Source: Hemiscyllium ocellatum (taxonomy: Eukaryota). From it: a stretch of 64,000 bases of DNA. Each line of letters begins with the position of its first letter. Position 1 is the first letter of the stretch. Made by a program: the position numbers and the translations under genes. The notes under the pieces are model-generated. The model ran no database searches. It was not told where the DNA came from and worked only from the letters and a program-made list of their open reading frames with translations. Below are positions 49,186 to 62,371 of the stretch, one piece after another. The stretch spans positions 29,046,484 through 29,110,483 of the forward strand of contig NC_083408.1 in NCBI RefSeq assembly GCF_020745735.1, in the 5' to 3' direction.

Positions 49186-52100
49186 TGTGTCCTGATTCTT
49201 TGGAGTTCTCTACTCAGGAGGGTAGAGGAGGCTCAATGAATTCTACTATTCAAGACTGAAACTGACTGCATTTTGGGCACTAAGCAAATAAAGTGATTTG
49301 TGGATTTAGCAGGGAAAAAGGTTAATTATTATCTCAGCCTGTATAACATGATATCATGTACCCCTGCCCTTGTTTCTTCTTTTGTAAAGTCTATTGTTGT
49401 ATTGATTATGTTTCTTAGCAATAATTATCAGCTTCCATTAGCATTAGGGATGTCTACTTAAACTCGTTTTTAAGAACACCTCTGGGAACTTATGTTGATA
49501 TCTCCCGATTTTGTTTATTTTGCCGATACAAGTTTGATATTCCCACATTTGCTAAGAGGACCATAACATTGAAATGTAATAAGCAGCATAAGAGATGAAA
49601 GAGCAAGGATGATTTATTGGATTTGACAAATAACTGAGAAACTGCCGTTCTGCAACATTGCTGAGTGCACATGCCAGGTGATATTATGCAAGGTAAACTG
49701 CGTTCTCTGGTAATTGCAATGATGAGACTGAGACAGTCGCAAGTGCTTCAAATGTTCTGGCCATTAGAAGGCCTTCATTTATGGTTGTCGGGTGACATTG
49801 GGGTTGACACGCAGGAAATAAGAGAGGAACAGGGGCGCTGGAATACTAAATACCTCATATGTCTCCAACAGGGAAGCAATCAAACTGGCATTGTGCATCT
49901 GAAGTTCACAGTCTAGTGCTTTGAAAGATCTGGTACAATCCACCAGTACAACATTTGAATTGTGCTGGTGCACTGGATATTGCACAACTTGCCAACAACT
50001 GAGCTGTGTGTTGGGATGAGTTTGCCCAACACCTTGGAGGAGGAGGAAGTAGAGGAGTGAGTCTCACTAATGTCCTTCTGAAGGTCTGTCTTTACCTGAT
50101 CTGGCCAACATACGCTTTCAGATATATGTGGTTGAGTCATAAGTGTCCTCCGAAATGTTACAGAAAGCCATTCCAGTGGTCTGCAATTACAAAAACAAAG
50201 TGGAAGGGCCACCCGGCATTGACCTACACACTGAGAGGAACATTTGCACACAGAGAGCAATCCTGACCCTGCAAAGTGATTCTTAGTAAAATCCAGGGTC
50301 TGATGACAAAATTGGGAGAGAGGTCCTGCAGACTAATAAAGCAGCAACCTGATAGAAATGTTCACAGAATTTAAGCTTACAACTAATGTTCCCAAGACCC
50401 CGACAAAAGCCTCGGTATGTCCTGGCATATAATCAGTATGGACTTGCTTTGGTAGTTCTCAACATTGACTCGGAGCCCATGGAAGTCTAGTGACATCATT
50501 TCAAACATAGATAAGGGAACCAGTTGCTGTCTACAAACTACCACGCGATAAATTAGATAGTCCACCAAGTTCAAGAAACTTTGAGGGTGGTTAGAATACA
50601 GAATGTACTCGAGATGGGGGACGGCAGGTTCAATTGATATCACTAAGACGCTACCTTGTCTTGGGAGCGCCATTGCTGATCGACTGGACCAAGTCTGAAA
50701 GGACATTTCTTATTGGATCTAAAAAAATTAAGTTATTTTTTCGTCAGTGGATTAATAAAGTGAGGAGCAGTTAAATTAACTTAGATGCAAAAACTTCGGA
50801 AAACAATGTAATGAAATGTAATAATTTATTCAAGGGCGCATATTTTGGTGTTTCGTTATGTCGTCACTGAAAGAAATGTAGCTCAAAATTAACTCTAAAG
50901 GAATTTTGAGCTGCAAAGCACCGTGTTTCAATGTATTCAATATCCTTTCAATTGCGTATGAAACGCTTTCCATCAATATGAAAATGCAATAGTTGCCACG
51001 TTGTGGCACTTTGTCTCTCTCCCCCTCTCCCGCTCCCGTCCGTCCACCGCCCCTTCCCCCACCCCCCCCCACCCTCTCCCCCACCCTCTCCATGCCCTTA
51101 CAAATCCCAGTGTTTCGTCATCTAACATTCTGAAGTTGACTTGTTACTGTCGTCTATTGGCTCGGCGTTGCCGCTTATCCCCTAGGTCCTTTCTGAAACA
51201 CGGATGCTTATCTTTACTGTGCTGTAAACTTCGTTCACGGCGATTGGGATAACTGAACATCTGTTTTATGCCCCTCAAGTCTCTGCTCTATTAGTTGTTC
51301 AAATATTGTGAAATCACATACGATCGCAGGATGGTGAAGTGAATATTTCACAGAGGTCATAATATTCAATGAGTAGGATGTATAGAACTCCTGTCCTGAT
51401 CAGAGCCATTCATTTCAGTTCAGGTATAGCCGCGCTGCTGTTCGGAAGTTAGTTCAGGGTTTCTGGCCCAATGATAATGGATGATTATATAGCAGTAAGC
51501 CGGGAGGGTATGTGCCTTAATGACTTGGTGCTGTCCTTCCTGTTTTGTCCTCCAAAATGGTAAAGGGACACCATTTGAAAGATTGGAGATTTGCTTATCA
51601 TTCCGAATATCTAAAGGAGAATTTTTCACTGGGAATTTCTTAAGTAAATAACGATGTCGGTAACCTTTTAAAATGCGCCCAGGTTTCCCGGGAGGCTTTC
51701 TCATCAGGAAAAGAGATAGCTCCGTCCTGCGTTTGGAACTACGACTGAAGTTTTCACGATCAATGAAAGAGAATAGACAATACACCATGGATGCAGCTTC
51801 TGCAACAAGAGATGTTTTTAAAACGGATGATACTAGATTAGCGCTGATGTTGCAGATCTGCGATTAAAAATAAAGCTGGAAAACGTCATTCTGGCAGCGT
51901 CTATGGAGAGAGAAAGGGAGTTAACGTTCCTAGTTCAATATGATTCTTCTCAGGAATTTCAGAGTCGATCATTTGATTTTTGGAAGAGGTTGTTTGAAAA
52001 TTGCTTTTGGATTCACCTACATTTGGAAGAGCAGATAGATCCTTAGCCATTACTGGACGTTGAAGTATTTTCAAATTAATTATTTTGAAGAACAATGTTT

Positions 52101-52249
52101 GTTAGTATACAGGAGACGACTGACTAGTTCGCTCTGAGCAAACGAGCAAGAGGCACGCGCCAGATCTTCTGATTTCGGTGGTAATTGAGTGGTAGCGATT
52201 GGCCACACCACAAGGCTAGGTCCCAAGTACAACTGCAAAATGGACGTGA

Positions 52250-52400
52250 ATGTCCACATGGGACAAGAGGCCTTTCCACTTGGCCATCACGTTACAGCAT
52301 TATGAGCAGAACACTACTCCCTCAGTACTGCGTTAAGAATAGACTTTGTGCTCCAAGAATTAGAACCAGACGTCAACCACAATATTCTGTTTCTGGGGTA
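52250..52400 (-). mobile_element. Possible ancient DeuSINE/SacSINE1-like remnant upstream of paralog D
   Basis: actccctcagtactgc is the reverse complement of the recalled Deu-domain core gcagtactgagggagt. Flanks are heavily decayed. Confidence 0.35.
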
Positions 52401-52599
52401 TCTTGAGGAGTCGGATAAATTCACCAATTGAGACATTGGGGCCTAGTTGTTTTGATAATTCAACGCAAACGCAAGAAAGTTCGACTTTCCACGATCCTCT
52501 GTGCATTAAGATAGTGCTTTGTTGTTGGGGCCACCATTACTGATACTCAAATCTTTGTTGGCAAAATTATCTGCTATGTAGGAATGCTTGAGAAATGAT

Positions 52600-52665
52600 G
52601 ACACATCATTGGCTGTGACGCAATCTGAGGCGCCATGACGCCGCATAACTCGATATATAATTCCA
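52600..52665 (+). promoter_or_regulatory. Core promoter of paralog D
   Basis: ATTGG 52608-52612, TGACGCAAT (ATF/C-EBP composite-like) 52616-52624, second TGACG at ~52636, TATATAA 52654-52660. Confidence 0.65.
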
Positions 52666-52755
52666 GTTCCAACAATTGCTGCCAATCTGTAGCCGGCGTC
52701 AATCTCATTGCAAACCATTGTGTGCGGGTTCAGGAGTTCAAATTGAAAAAAAAAC

Positions 52756-52926
52756 ATGGCGACGACCCAGAGTCGGGAGCAATGTAGCTCCGAAGCTCGC
52801 GAGAGTGAGAATCGCACCCCGACTGCTGCAATTCGCAGGAGCAACTTCGAATTTTGCGGATTTAATTTAAAGATCGTCCGATTCATGGACGCTGAATTGG
52901 GCGTCTCCTCGTATGTCTGGGAGGCT
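52756..52926 (+). CDS. EEF1AKMT3: EEF1AKMT3-like paralog D, coding exon 1 (57 aa)
   Basis: aacATGg Kozak context. MATTQSRE...SNFEFCGFNLKIVRFMDAELGVSSYVWEA, donor GCT|GTGAGT. Confidence 0.92.
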
Positions 52927-53872
52927 GTGAGTGAACTGCGTTTGTAGAATGGAATAGAAGAGAAACGGCATTTTGCTAACTTCGAAAAAAACCCACTCTT
53001 AGTTGCATATCATTTGACATCTTAGGAAGATGAGTTTTGAACATTTTGCAGGTGTCAAGCATAATTTACATGTAGTTCATTCTATAAATGTGAATTGTAT
53101 TTCTTTCACATATTTTAATGCATTAATGTAACCGATGCCTCTTACATACTAGCATATCCGTTTTTCAAAACTAAAATGGGATTCAGAGGTTTAAATGATA
53201 GGATAAATACGAGTTGCACGTTCCAATTGTCTGCCTTACCTTGAAGGTGCGATTCACAGAGAGTGTTATATTTTCGAATTGAGTTCACCCCGCAGTTTTA
53301 AATACACGTAGCAGGACTGAAAAGTATTTGTTGAATGCACGGCGGAATTTCTGATAGTTTTCATTTATTGCAGTGTCAGCCATAGCTGGGTGATAGAACT
53401 GTGACTGCTCTGTCAGAGGCTCGTGGAGTTAATCTCTACTGGAGACTATAGTCATGCAATCTCGAGTAACAGCGCGGAGGAATGCTGCATTGTAATCGAC
53501 ACTGATCACGATAAACGTTAAAGTCAGGTTCTCACTGCCATCCAGTGAGAACGTAAGACCCCACAACTCTATGCGTTTCACTCTATCTGCCGACTCCTTC
53601 AATGGAGAGGACTGAAATAGGTGTCTGTTGTCGCTCTAAAACATTTTGCCCTGCGCGAATTGACATGGTCAGTAAGTCAAATATACTCAAACGGCTGCAT
53701 GACGCTTTGAGCAGTCTTAAGGTGCTACTCAGAGATAATCGAAATGCTATTGCAACCAATGAGCGATTCGTGAAATGCGCATAGAACCTTGCCTTCTCCT
53801 ACTCGTCGAGATTAATCTACTCTGCAAACTGGCTTGCAACGGGACGTCCGCTTCCAAGCAAACATTTCTTAG

Positions 53873-54142
<270 letters not shown>

Positions 54143-54154
54143 TGAGTGATGAAC

Positions 54155-54545
54155 GTAAGAATGTAAGAAATGGGAAGCATGCAGACAATTGGCTCTTCGA
54201 GAGTACTACGTCAGTGAACATAATCACGGATGGCATTGTGCATCAACTCCTTTTTCCTCACTAACCCCATATCTCTTACTGACCGTACTATGCAATCATT
54301 TGTCTAACCCAGATCTTTCTTGAATAAACTCAATGACTGAAAGACTACAACTTTTTAGAATACAGAATTTCAAAGTTCAGCATGCAATGAACTGCGTAAT
54401 CCTGCCTAAATAATCAGCCCTTCCTTCTGAAATTGTGAATCGTCTTCTACATTCCCCAGACAGGAGGTTTCTCCACACCTACTTGCTCAAACCATTGCAA
54501 TGTGATGTTTCATGAAGTCAATCCTTATTCTTCTAACATCTAATG
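54155..54545 (-). mobile_element. Degenerate CR1 3' end
   Basis: taagaatgtaagaaat tail followed by reverse-complement CR1-like sequence. Confidence 0.5.
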
Positions 54546-56349
54546 ATTTAACCCTATCTTCCTTTACCATCTGCATCATGTCCCCTGCCCTGTCTCTTTC
54601 ATTTTCATTTATCTCAAGTTGTGCCAGGAATGTAGGTCTACATTTTCCATAACGGTCAATATAATCCAATAAGTGGTCTCTGCCATGTCCTTTTTGTCCA
54701 CAGACCTACCAGTTCAAGTGTCCTATTAGGATGCCCATTCCCTAGAATTGTGATCTTTAGTTTCTCCCATATTCACCCTAATTTCATCTCCCAGTTTCGC
54801 TTGTCATTAGACCCACCACCTGCTTCCTTTACCATAATTCCCACTAAACTGCACATCACCAAAACTCACTCAGCACTTCCCATGTTAGAGAATAATGCTA
54901 GTAAGTTTCTCCTATTTTCCATCAGTCAACCTCATGTCTCTCCTCAGATACAGAAAAGAAAAACCTTAGCTCCTTGTCAATTCCCCTTTTCTCTCCCAAA
55001 ATTTGGTATCTCATTCTTGACTCCCTAATTCAGAACTATCATTCATGACTACCACGGTTCAATCCCTCCGATTAAGCTTCCACTACTGTCAATTGCCAAA
55101 ATTGTTCTGATCAAAGCCACAAATTATTGACTGCAGAAAACGTAAATGATCCTTCTGTGTCCTTCTTGTTCTGTCATCAGAATTGATGCACTTGACCAGT
55201 CCATCTTGCTCTTACCTGGTTTGATTATTAACAATCCAGTGGTAGACAGAATACATGTTACAATAATACAACAGTAACATTCCAAAAGTCTCAGCTGTTC
55301 TTTGGAACTGGAGACAGGTGTTATTGGCACTCACTATGGATCTAATCCTTGTTTTGTCTCTAACAATTACCACTCCTTTTGCCTTTTATCCTACAATTGT
55401 AATCTCTAAACATCTCTTATCATTTCACAAGCCCTATGTTCCACTTGTCTCTGCCACCTTTCAGCAGCACAATATCCCTGACTGTCCCATCTTGCTTCAG
55501 CTTCAAATAAAAATCATGCTGGAGTCAAAACATTAACTCTGTTTCTCTCTCCACAGATGCTGCCAGATCTGTTGGGTTTCTCAAGCAAGCCTCTTTTGAT
55601 TTCAGATTTGCAGCATACACAGTATTTTGTTTTCATTATTCATTTACAAAGAGTTTTCTTCCAGTTCCTGCAGCATAAACCTGGGTGTCCCCTGAGGGTC
55701 TATTCTTAATTCCTTCTGTTTTCTATTGACATACAGACTCACTAATACTATCCAAAATATGGCATTAATTTGTACATGCATGCTGATGACACCCAACTGC
55801 ACCTTACCACCACTTCACTTGGCTCCTTAACCACTGCAGAATTACCAGGCTGTTTTTGTAAAAATAAATTGAGCATTGCACGAGTGGAGAGTTCCTCCAA
55901 TTAAATATTTGGGAATTGCTGACAAAAATACACATTTTGTTCAAAAGTTTGTTTTGCATACATCTAGACATTGCATCAGAATGCAAATTCATATTGGAAC
56001 CAACATTTATACTGCTTGAAAGGAGAGTGCTGACTGGTTAGCAAGTTAACTCTATTTGGCAGAATCTTTATGATGGAGAATACCCCCAATAATGTAGGTC
56101 ATACATCCCAAAGACTGGTTGATCATATCAATCACCATGTCAATTCAACTATTTACTGCAAGCAAGATATTGAGATTTACCAATGAGCTCGTGCTTACAA
56201 AGGAAACAATGCGAGATGAGATTCTACAATTGGACAACAGTATCCTGATAATCCTGAATATAATGATGCTAATTCCAGGGAAGATTTGCACTGGCCATTT
56301 AATTGTCATTTGGGCATTCCAAATGTGATCTTGCCTGTGTGTATTTTTT

Positions 56350-57850
56350 TTTGTCTATTCATTCATGAGTTGCAGCCATCCCTGGCTGGGCCATTATTTA
56401 TTGCCATGGAGAGAGTGGTGGTAAGCTCCCTTCTTGATTCACTATAGATGATTTGTTTTAGGTGGAGCCAGAATGATGCGAGGAAGGGAATTCCTGGATT
56501 TTGATCTAGAAACACGGAAGGAATGATGATATATTTTAAATGGAATGGTTAGGAGTGTGGTGGGATCTTGTAAGTAGTGATGCTTCCATGTATTTAATGC
56601 CAGAGGTTGCGGTGGGTATCTATGATGAAGTTTAAAAGGTTTTGATGAATTTCTGTAGTTCATCTTATGGTTGGTACCCACTAATGCTACTGAATAATGT
56701 AGGGATTGGATATCTGGTGCCAATCGTGCAGGCTTTTTCATGCTGGATGGTGTCAAGCTTCTTGAGTTTTGTTGGAACTATACTTCAGATTCAATTCCAG
56801 CCTCATGAAACTATACTTATCCAAGCAGTTGGGAGTATACCATCACACTCCAAACTTGTGTCTCGTAGGTAGACCACAGGCTCTTTTGATAAGGTTAGTT
56901 GCTCACTGCAAGATACCTGCTCTTGTACTTACAGTATCTATATGGCTAATCCCATGCATTTTCTGGTCAAAGGCATCCTTCAGGATGTTGATGGTAGAGT
57001 ATTCCGATTTGGTAATGTCATTGACTGTCAAGGGGCGATGGTTAGATTCTTTCTTGTTGGAAATTGTTATTGCCTGACACTTCTGTGGTTTAAATGTTGC
57101 TTGCCATTTGTCAGTCCATGCCAGGATATTGTCCAGATTTTGCAAGATTTTGGATATGAACTGCTTCAGTCTTTGGAGAGTTAGGCAGTATTGCAGATGC
57201 TCAATACTGTGCAATCATCAGTGGCCATCTCCAATTCTGACCTTATGATAGAGGGAATGTCATTGTTCCATCAACCGTAGATGGTTAAACCTAGGACATA
57301 ATCTTGAAGAACATCTGACAGATATCCTTGAACTGAGATGGTGGTCCTTCAACAAACAGAATCATCTTCCGTTACACCAGGTATTACTCAAAACAAGAGA
57401 AAAGCTTTCCTCTGGATTCCTATTGATTCCAGCTTTTCCAGGGTTACTTGATGCCACATTCCATCATGTGTGGCCTTAATATCAAGTGCAATTATATGCA
57501 AATCACTTCTGGAATTCAGCAGTTTGGTCCAACTGAACAAAGGATGTAAAGAGGTTAGGAACTGACTAGCCTTAACAGAACCCATGTTTAGCATCAATGA
57601 GCAGATTATTGCTTTACTGATGATTGAAAGTGGACCAATGGAGTGACTATTATTGGTTGGACACAGGTTTTGTTTTGTGTAGAAGACATTACTGGGCATG
57701 TTTGGATATTGTCAAGCTAATAACAGCTTGGCTCGGTGTGTGTGTGTGTGTTGGGGGGTGGGTGGGGAGTGTGGATCTGTTGGTAAGCTGGCAGGTGATA
57801 GGTTCTTCAACACAAGTCTTCAGCAAAATTATAGGAATTTTTCAAATCAC
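56350..57850 (-). mobile_element. Old CR1/L2-group LINE remnant
   Basis: Minus ORFs IALDIKATHDGMWHQ...KLESIGI and LDNILAWTDKWQATFKPQKCQ. Confidence 0.7.
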
Positions 57851-58754
57851 TGAGTCAATACTGTACCTCCATTTCTACTATTGATTTCATTCCACAGCTC
57901 TAATTCTGCTCATAGGTCTCACAGTGTGTACTGCACTGCATCAAATTATTTTTACAGTCAGTGCACACACAATTGGCAGTAGGACCCTCATCAACCCTCC
58001 CTGTTCCCCCTCAAAAAAGTCAAACAATTTAGTTAATCACAATTTCCTTTAATACATCCATTCTCTCCCTCCTTCATTAATCTGGATTTATCTATATGAA
58101 TGTTATGTGGATTAGCTGGCAGGAGTATTTGCTAACATCTTTAAATGCTCCTTACTATGAGCTGAAATCCCTACCTGCTCTAAGAAGACCACCATCATCC
58201 CAGTGCCAAAGAAAATTCATGCAATATACCCCAATGACTATTGCCCAGTGTTACTAACCTCCATAATTATGAAGTGCTTTGAGAGATTAGTCATGGCTCA
58301 CATCAACTCTAGCCTCCTATGTTGCCTTGATCTTTTGTAATTTGTCTAACATTGCAACAGGTCAATGGCAGATGCCATCTCTCTGGTCCTACACTCATCT
58401 ATGGAATATCATGACAATAATGACACCTATGTCAGGTCTTACTTATTGACTACAGATATACCTTCAACACCATAATTTCAATCAAATTCGTCTCTGAACT
58501 GTGAGACCTTGGTCTCAGCTCCCCCTTCTGTAACTGGATCTTTGACCTCCTGACCCATACATTGTAATCAGTAAGAAGACATAACAACACCTCCTCCATG
58601 ATAATCCTCAGCACTACTGCTCTACAAGACTCTATACTCAGCCTCTTATTATACTATTTAAACATTCACGAATGTGTGATCCAAGTCTGCCTGAACTCCC
58701 TTTACACATTTGTTGATGATACCATTATAGGTCAGAACAATGATGAGGCAGAGT

Positions 58755-60679
58755 CAAGAGTGTAAGGCTGGAAAAGCACAGCAGGTCAGGCAGCATCTGA
58801 GGATCAGGAGAATTGACATTTTGGGTATCAACTGTTCATCAGGAATGAGGCATGTGGGCCAGGAGGGCTGAGAGATAAATGGGAGAGGCGTAAAGCTGTG
58901 GAAAGGTAGCTGAGGATGCAATAGGTAGATAAACATGGGGGAGAAGGTGATAGGTCAAAGATGAGGGTGCAATGGATAGTTGGGAAAGATGATGGGCAGG
59001 TCAAGAGGCAGTGCTGAGTTGGAGGCTTGGGATAAGGTGGGGAAGGGGAAATGAGGAAACTGGTGAAATCCACATTAATCTTGTGTGATGCAGGGTTCCG
59101 AGGTGGAAGATGAGGTGTTCTACCTCCAGGTGTCGGGTGGTTAGGATTTGGCGATGGAGGAGATCCAGGACCTGCATGTCCTTATGGAGTGGGAGGGGGT
59201 CTTATGTGTTCATCCATGGGGTGGTGGGGTTGGTTGGTGCAGATGTCCCAGAGGTGTTCTCTGAAACCATCCACAAGTTGGCGTCCTGTCTCCCTGATGT
59301 GGAGGAGACCACAATCAGGTGCAACAGATACAGTAGATGACATTTGTGGAAGTGCAGGTGAATCTCTGATGGATGTGAAAGAATCCTTTGACACCTTGGA
59401 CAGAGGTGAGGGGGAGGTGTAGGCGTAGACTTCGCACTTCTAGTGTTGTCAGTGGAAGGTGCTGGGAGTGCGATGTGGCCTGGTGGGGGTTGTGGATCTG
59501 GCAAGGGAGTCATGGAGGGAATAGTCTCTCCAAGATACTGATAGGGGTGGGAGAGAATTATATCCCTAATGGTGGGGTCTGTTTATAGCTGGTGGAAGTG
59601 GCGAATGATGATGCAATATATATGGAAGTTGGTGGGATGGAAGGTAAGGACATTGGGGGTGGGGTTTGGGTTCTGTCCTTGTTGCATTTGAAGGGGTGAT
59701 ATTCAAGGGCAGAGGTGTAGGAAGTGGAGGAGATGCACTGGAAGACATCATTGACCACTTGGGAGGGGAAATTTCAGTCTTTGAAGAAGGAGGCCATTTA
59801 CAATTTTCTATGGTAGAATTGGTCATCCTGAGAACAGATGCAGAGGAAGCTGAGGAATTGGGAATAAGGGATGATATTTTTACAAGAGGCGGGTGGGAGG
59901 AAGTATAGGGCAGGTAGTTGTCGAAGTCGGTGGGTTTGTAGTAGATGTCCATGGTTAGTCGGTCACTTGAGGTGGAGGTGGAGTGGTCCAGGAATGGGAG
60001 GGACATGTCTGAGATGGTCTAGGTGAATTTGAGGTCGGGGTGAAAGACGTGAAGTTGATGAACTGTTCAACCTTCCAGTGGGAGCACATGGTAGCACCAA
60101 TTGATGTAGCAGAGGAACAGGTGGGGGGTGGAACCAGTGTAAAGATGGACTGTTCCATGTACCTGAAAAAGCATAGCTGGGGACGATGCACGTGTCCATG
60201 GCTGCCTGTTTGGTTTGGAGGAAATGGGAAGATTTGAAGAAGTTGTTAAGGGTGAGGACCAGTTCAGACATGTAGATGAGGGTGTCAGTGGAAGGGTACT
60301 GATTGTGCTGGTGCAAGAGGGTGAAATGCAGGGCTTGAAGGCCTTCATCGTAGTGAATAGATGTGTGCAGGGACTGGATGTACATGGTGAAGATACGGTG
60401 TAGGGAGCTGAGGAAACAAAAGTCTTGGATGAAGTGAAGGGCATGGGTGGTGCCCTGAACATAGGTGGGTATTTGCTACACTAAGGGGGTGGGGGGGGGG
60501 GGGTGCGGGCTGGGTGGTGTCAAGGAATGCAGAAATGGGTTCAGTGGGACAGGAGGAGGCTGAGACAATGGGTTGACTGGGGAAGTCAGGTTTGTGAACC
60601 TTCAGTAGGAGATAGAATCAAGCAGTGCAAGGTTCTCTGACTATGAGGTTGGAGGTTGGGACTGTTAAGTTTGGAACTG
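58755..60679 (-). mobile_element. Decayed Penelope-like element (RT + GIY-YIG + terminal repeat)
   Basis: LPFLD, DIYYKPTD..NYLPYTSSHP and LLHIRETGRQLVDGFREHL motifs. The terminal repeat with a decayed hammerhead is at 58755-58850. Confidence 0.85.
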
Positions 60680-60815
60680 AATGATGAGACAGAGTACAGG
60701 AAAGAGATTGAATGATTAGCAGCATAGATTTAAAAACATCAGCAAAATGAAGGATTTGGACATTGACTTCAGGAAGCAGAGTGGAGTGCATGCCCCTGTC
60801 TGCATCAATGATGAG

Positions 60816-61150
60816 TGGCACAGTGGCTCAGTGATTAGCACTGCTGCCTCACAGTGCCAGGGACTCGGGTTCGATTCCAGCCTTTGGTGACTGCCTGTGT
60901 GGAGTCTGCATGTTCTCCCGTGTCTGCACGGGTTTCCTCCAGGTGCCCTGGTTTCCTCCCACAATCTAAAGATGTGCAGGTTAGGTGAGTTGGCCATGCT
61001 AAATTGTCGATAGTGTTCAGGGATGTGTAGGTTAGGTGCATTAGTTAGCGGTGAATGTGGAGGAATGGGTGTAAGTGGGGTACTCTCGGAGGATCGGTGT
61101 GGACATGTTGGGCCGAATGGCCTGTTTCCACACTGAAAGGGATTCTGTGA
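60816..61150 (+). mobile_element. HE1-type SINE
   Basis: Matches 10855-11162. Confidence 0.85.
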
Positions 61151-62019
61151 TGCTGAAGAAGGGTATCAAGTTTTGGGAGTGATGACCACCAATAATCTGT
61201 CCTGGTCCATCGACATTGGTATGATGGTCAAGAAAGCAGAACAATGCATCTACTTCCTCAGGAAGCTAAGAAATTTGGCATATCCACAAAGACTCTTACC
61301 AATTTTTATAGATGCACAAGGGAGACCATCTATCTGAATGCACCACAGTGTGATATGGCAACTGCACTTCCTCAGAGTGCATGAAACTACAGACAGTCGT
61401 GAATACAGCCCAGTTCATCACTTAAGCCAGCCTTCCATCTATTGACTCCATCTGTACTTGCCTGCTGTCTTGGAAAGCAATCAATATAAAACCACTCCAG
61501 TTATACTCTCTTCCACCCTCTTCCATTGGGCAGAAGATATAAAAGTTTGACCAGTGCTTCTTCCCTACTGTTGTCAGATGTTTGAATGGGCTGCTTAAAT
61601 TTTAGTGTTGATCTCTCTCTCTCTCTCTCTCTCTGTGCACCTCCTGTGTGTTTGTAATATTGCATTCTATACACTCTTCAACTAGCCTGATACATTTTGT
61701 ACATTACGATCTGCTTGTATAGCATGCAAAATAACACTTTTCACTGTACTTTGGCACAGGATAACAATAAATCAAACTCGAATCGAACACAACGTCTTTA
61801 ATTCTATCTCAATTTATTTTTACTAATTATTTTCTCAGTCTAGAAATTAAACTTACTGACCTGTAGTTGCTTGGCTTATTCTTGCCCTCTCTTTCTTACT
61901 TGCAATTATCCAGAATGAATGGCACTGCCCATGAATTTCAGGAAGACTCAGCAATTTGCACTCTCACTGCTTTCAGTATCCCTCAATGTATCTCATCCAG
62001 TTCCAGCTCCATGTCAACT

Positions 62020-62370
62020 TAAGGACTGGTTAGGGATAGTCAACATAGCTTTGTGCATGGGGAGTCATGTCTCACAAACTTGATTGAGTTTTTTCAAGTA
62101 ATGAAGAGGATTGATAATGGCAGAATAGTGGATGTGATCTATATGGATGTCAGTAACGCATTCAACAAGGTTCCTTGTGGTTAGCAAGGTTAGATCACAT
62201 GGAATACAGGGTCAACTCACCATTTGAATACAGAACTTGCTGGAAGATAGAAACAGAGGTGAGAAGTGAAGGGTTGCTTTTCAGACTGTGACCAGTGGTT
62301 TGCCACAAGGATTGGTGCTGGGTCCACTGCTTTTTATTATTTATGTAAATGATTTGGATCTGAACGTGGG
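62020..62370 (+). mobile_element. CR1 RT fragment
   Basis: S-Q-H-S-F-V-H-G-E-S-C-L-T-N-L-I-E-F-F, VDVIYMD and PQGLVLGPLLF motifs. Confidence 0.8.
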
Positions 62371-62371
62371 A

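Larger units (their letters stand above)
58095..61610 (+). mobile_element. Rex1/Babar-like LINE RT remnant, interrupted by a Penelope element and a SINE
   Basis: [45 protein letters not shown] and FVDDT motifs. The frame continues with NDETEYRKEIE after 60680 and again after 61150. Confidence 0.7.
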
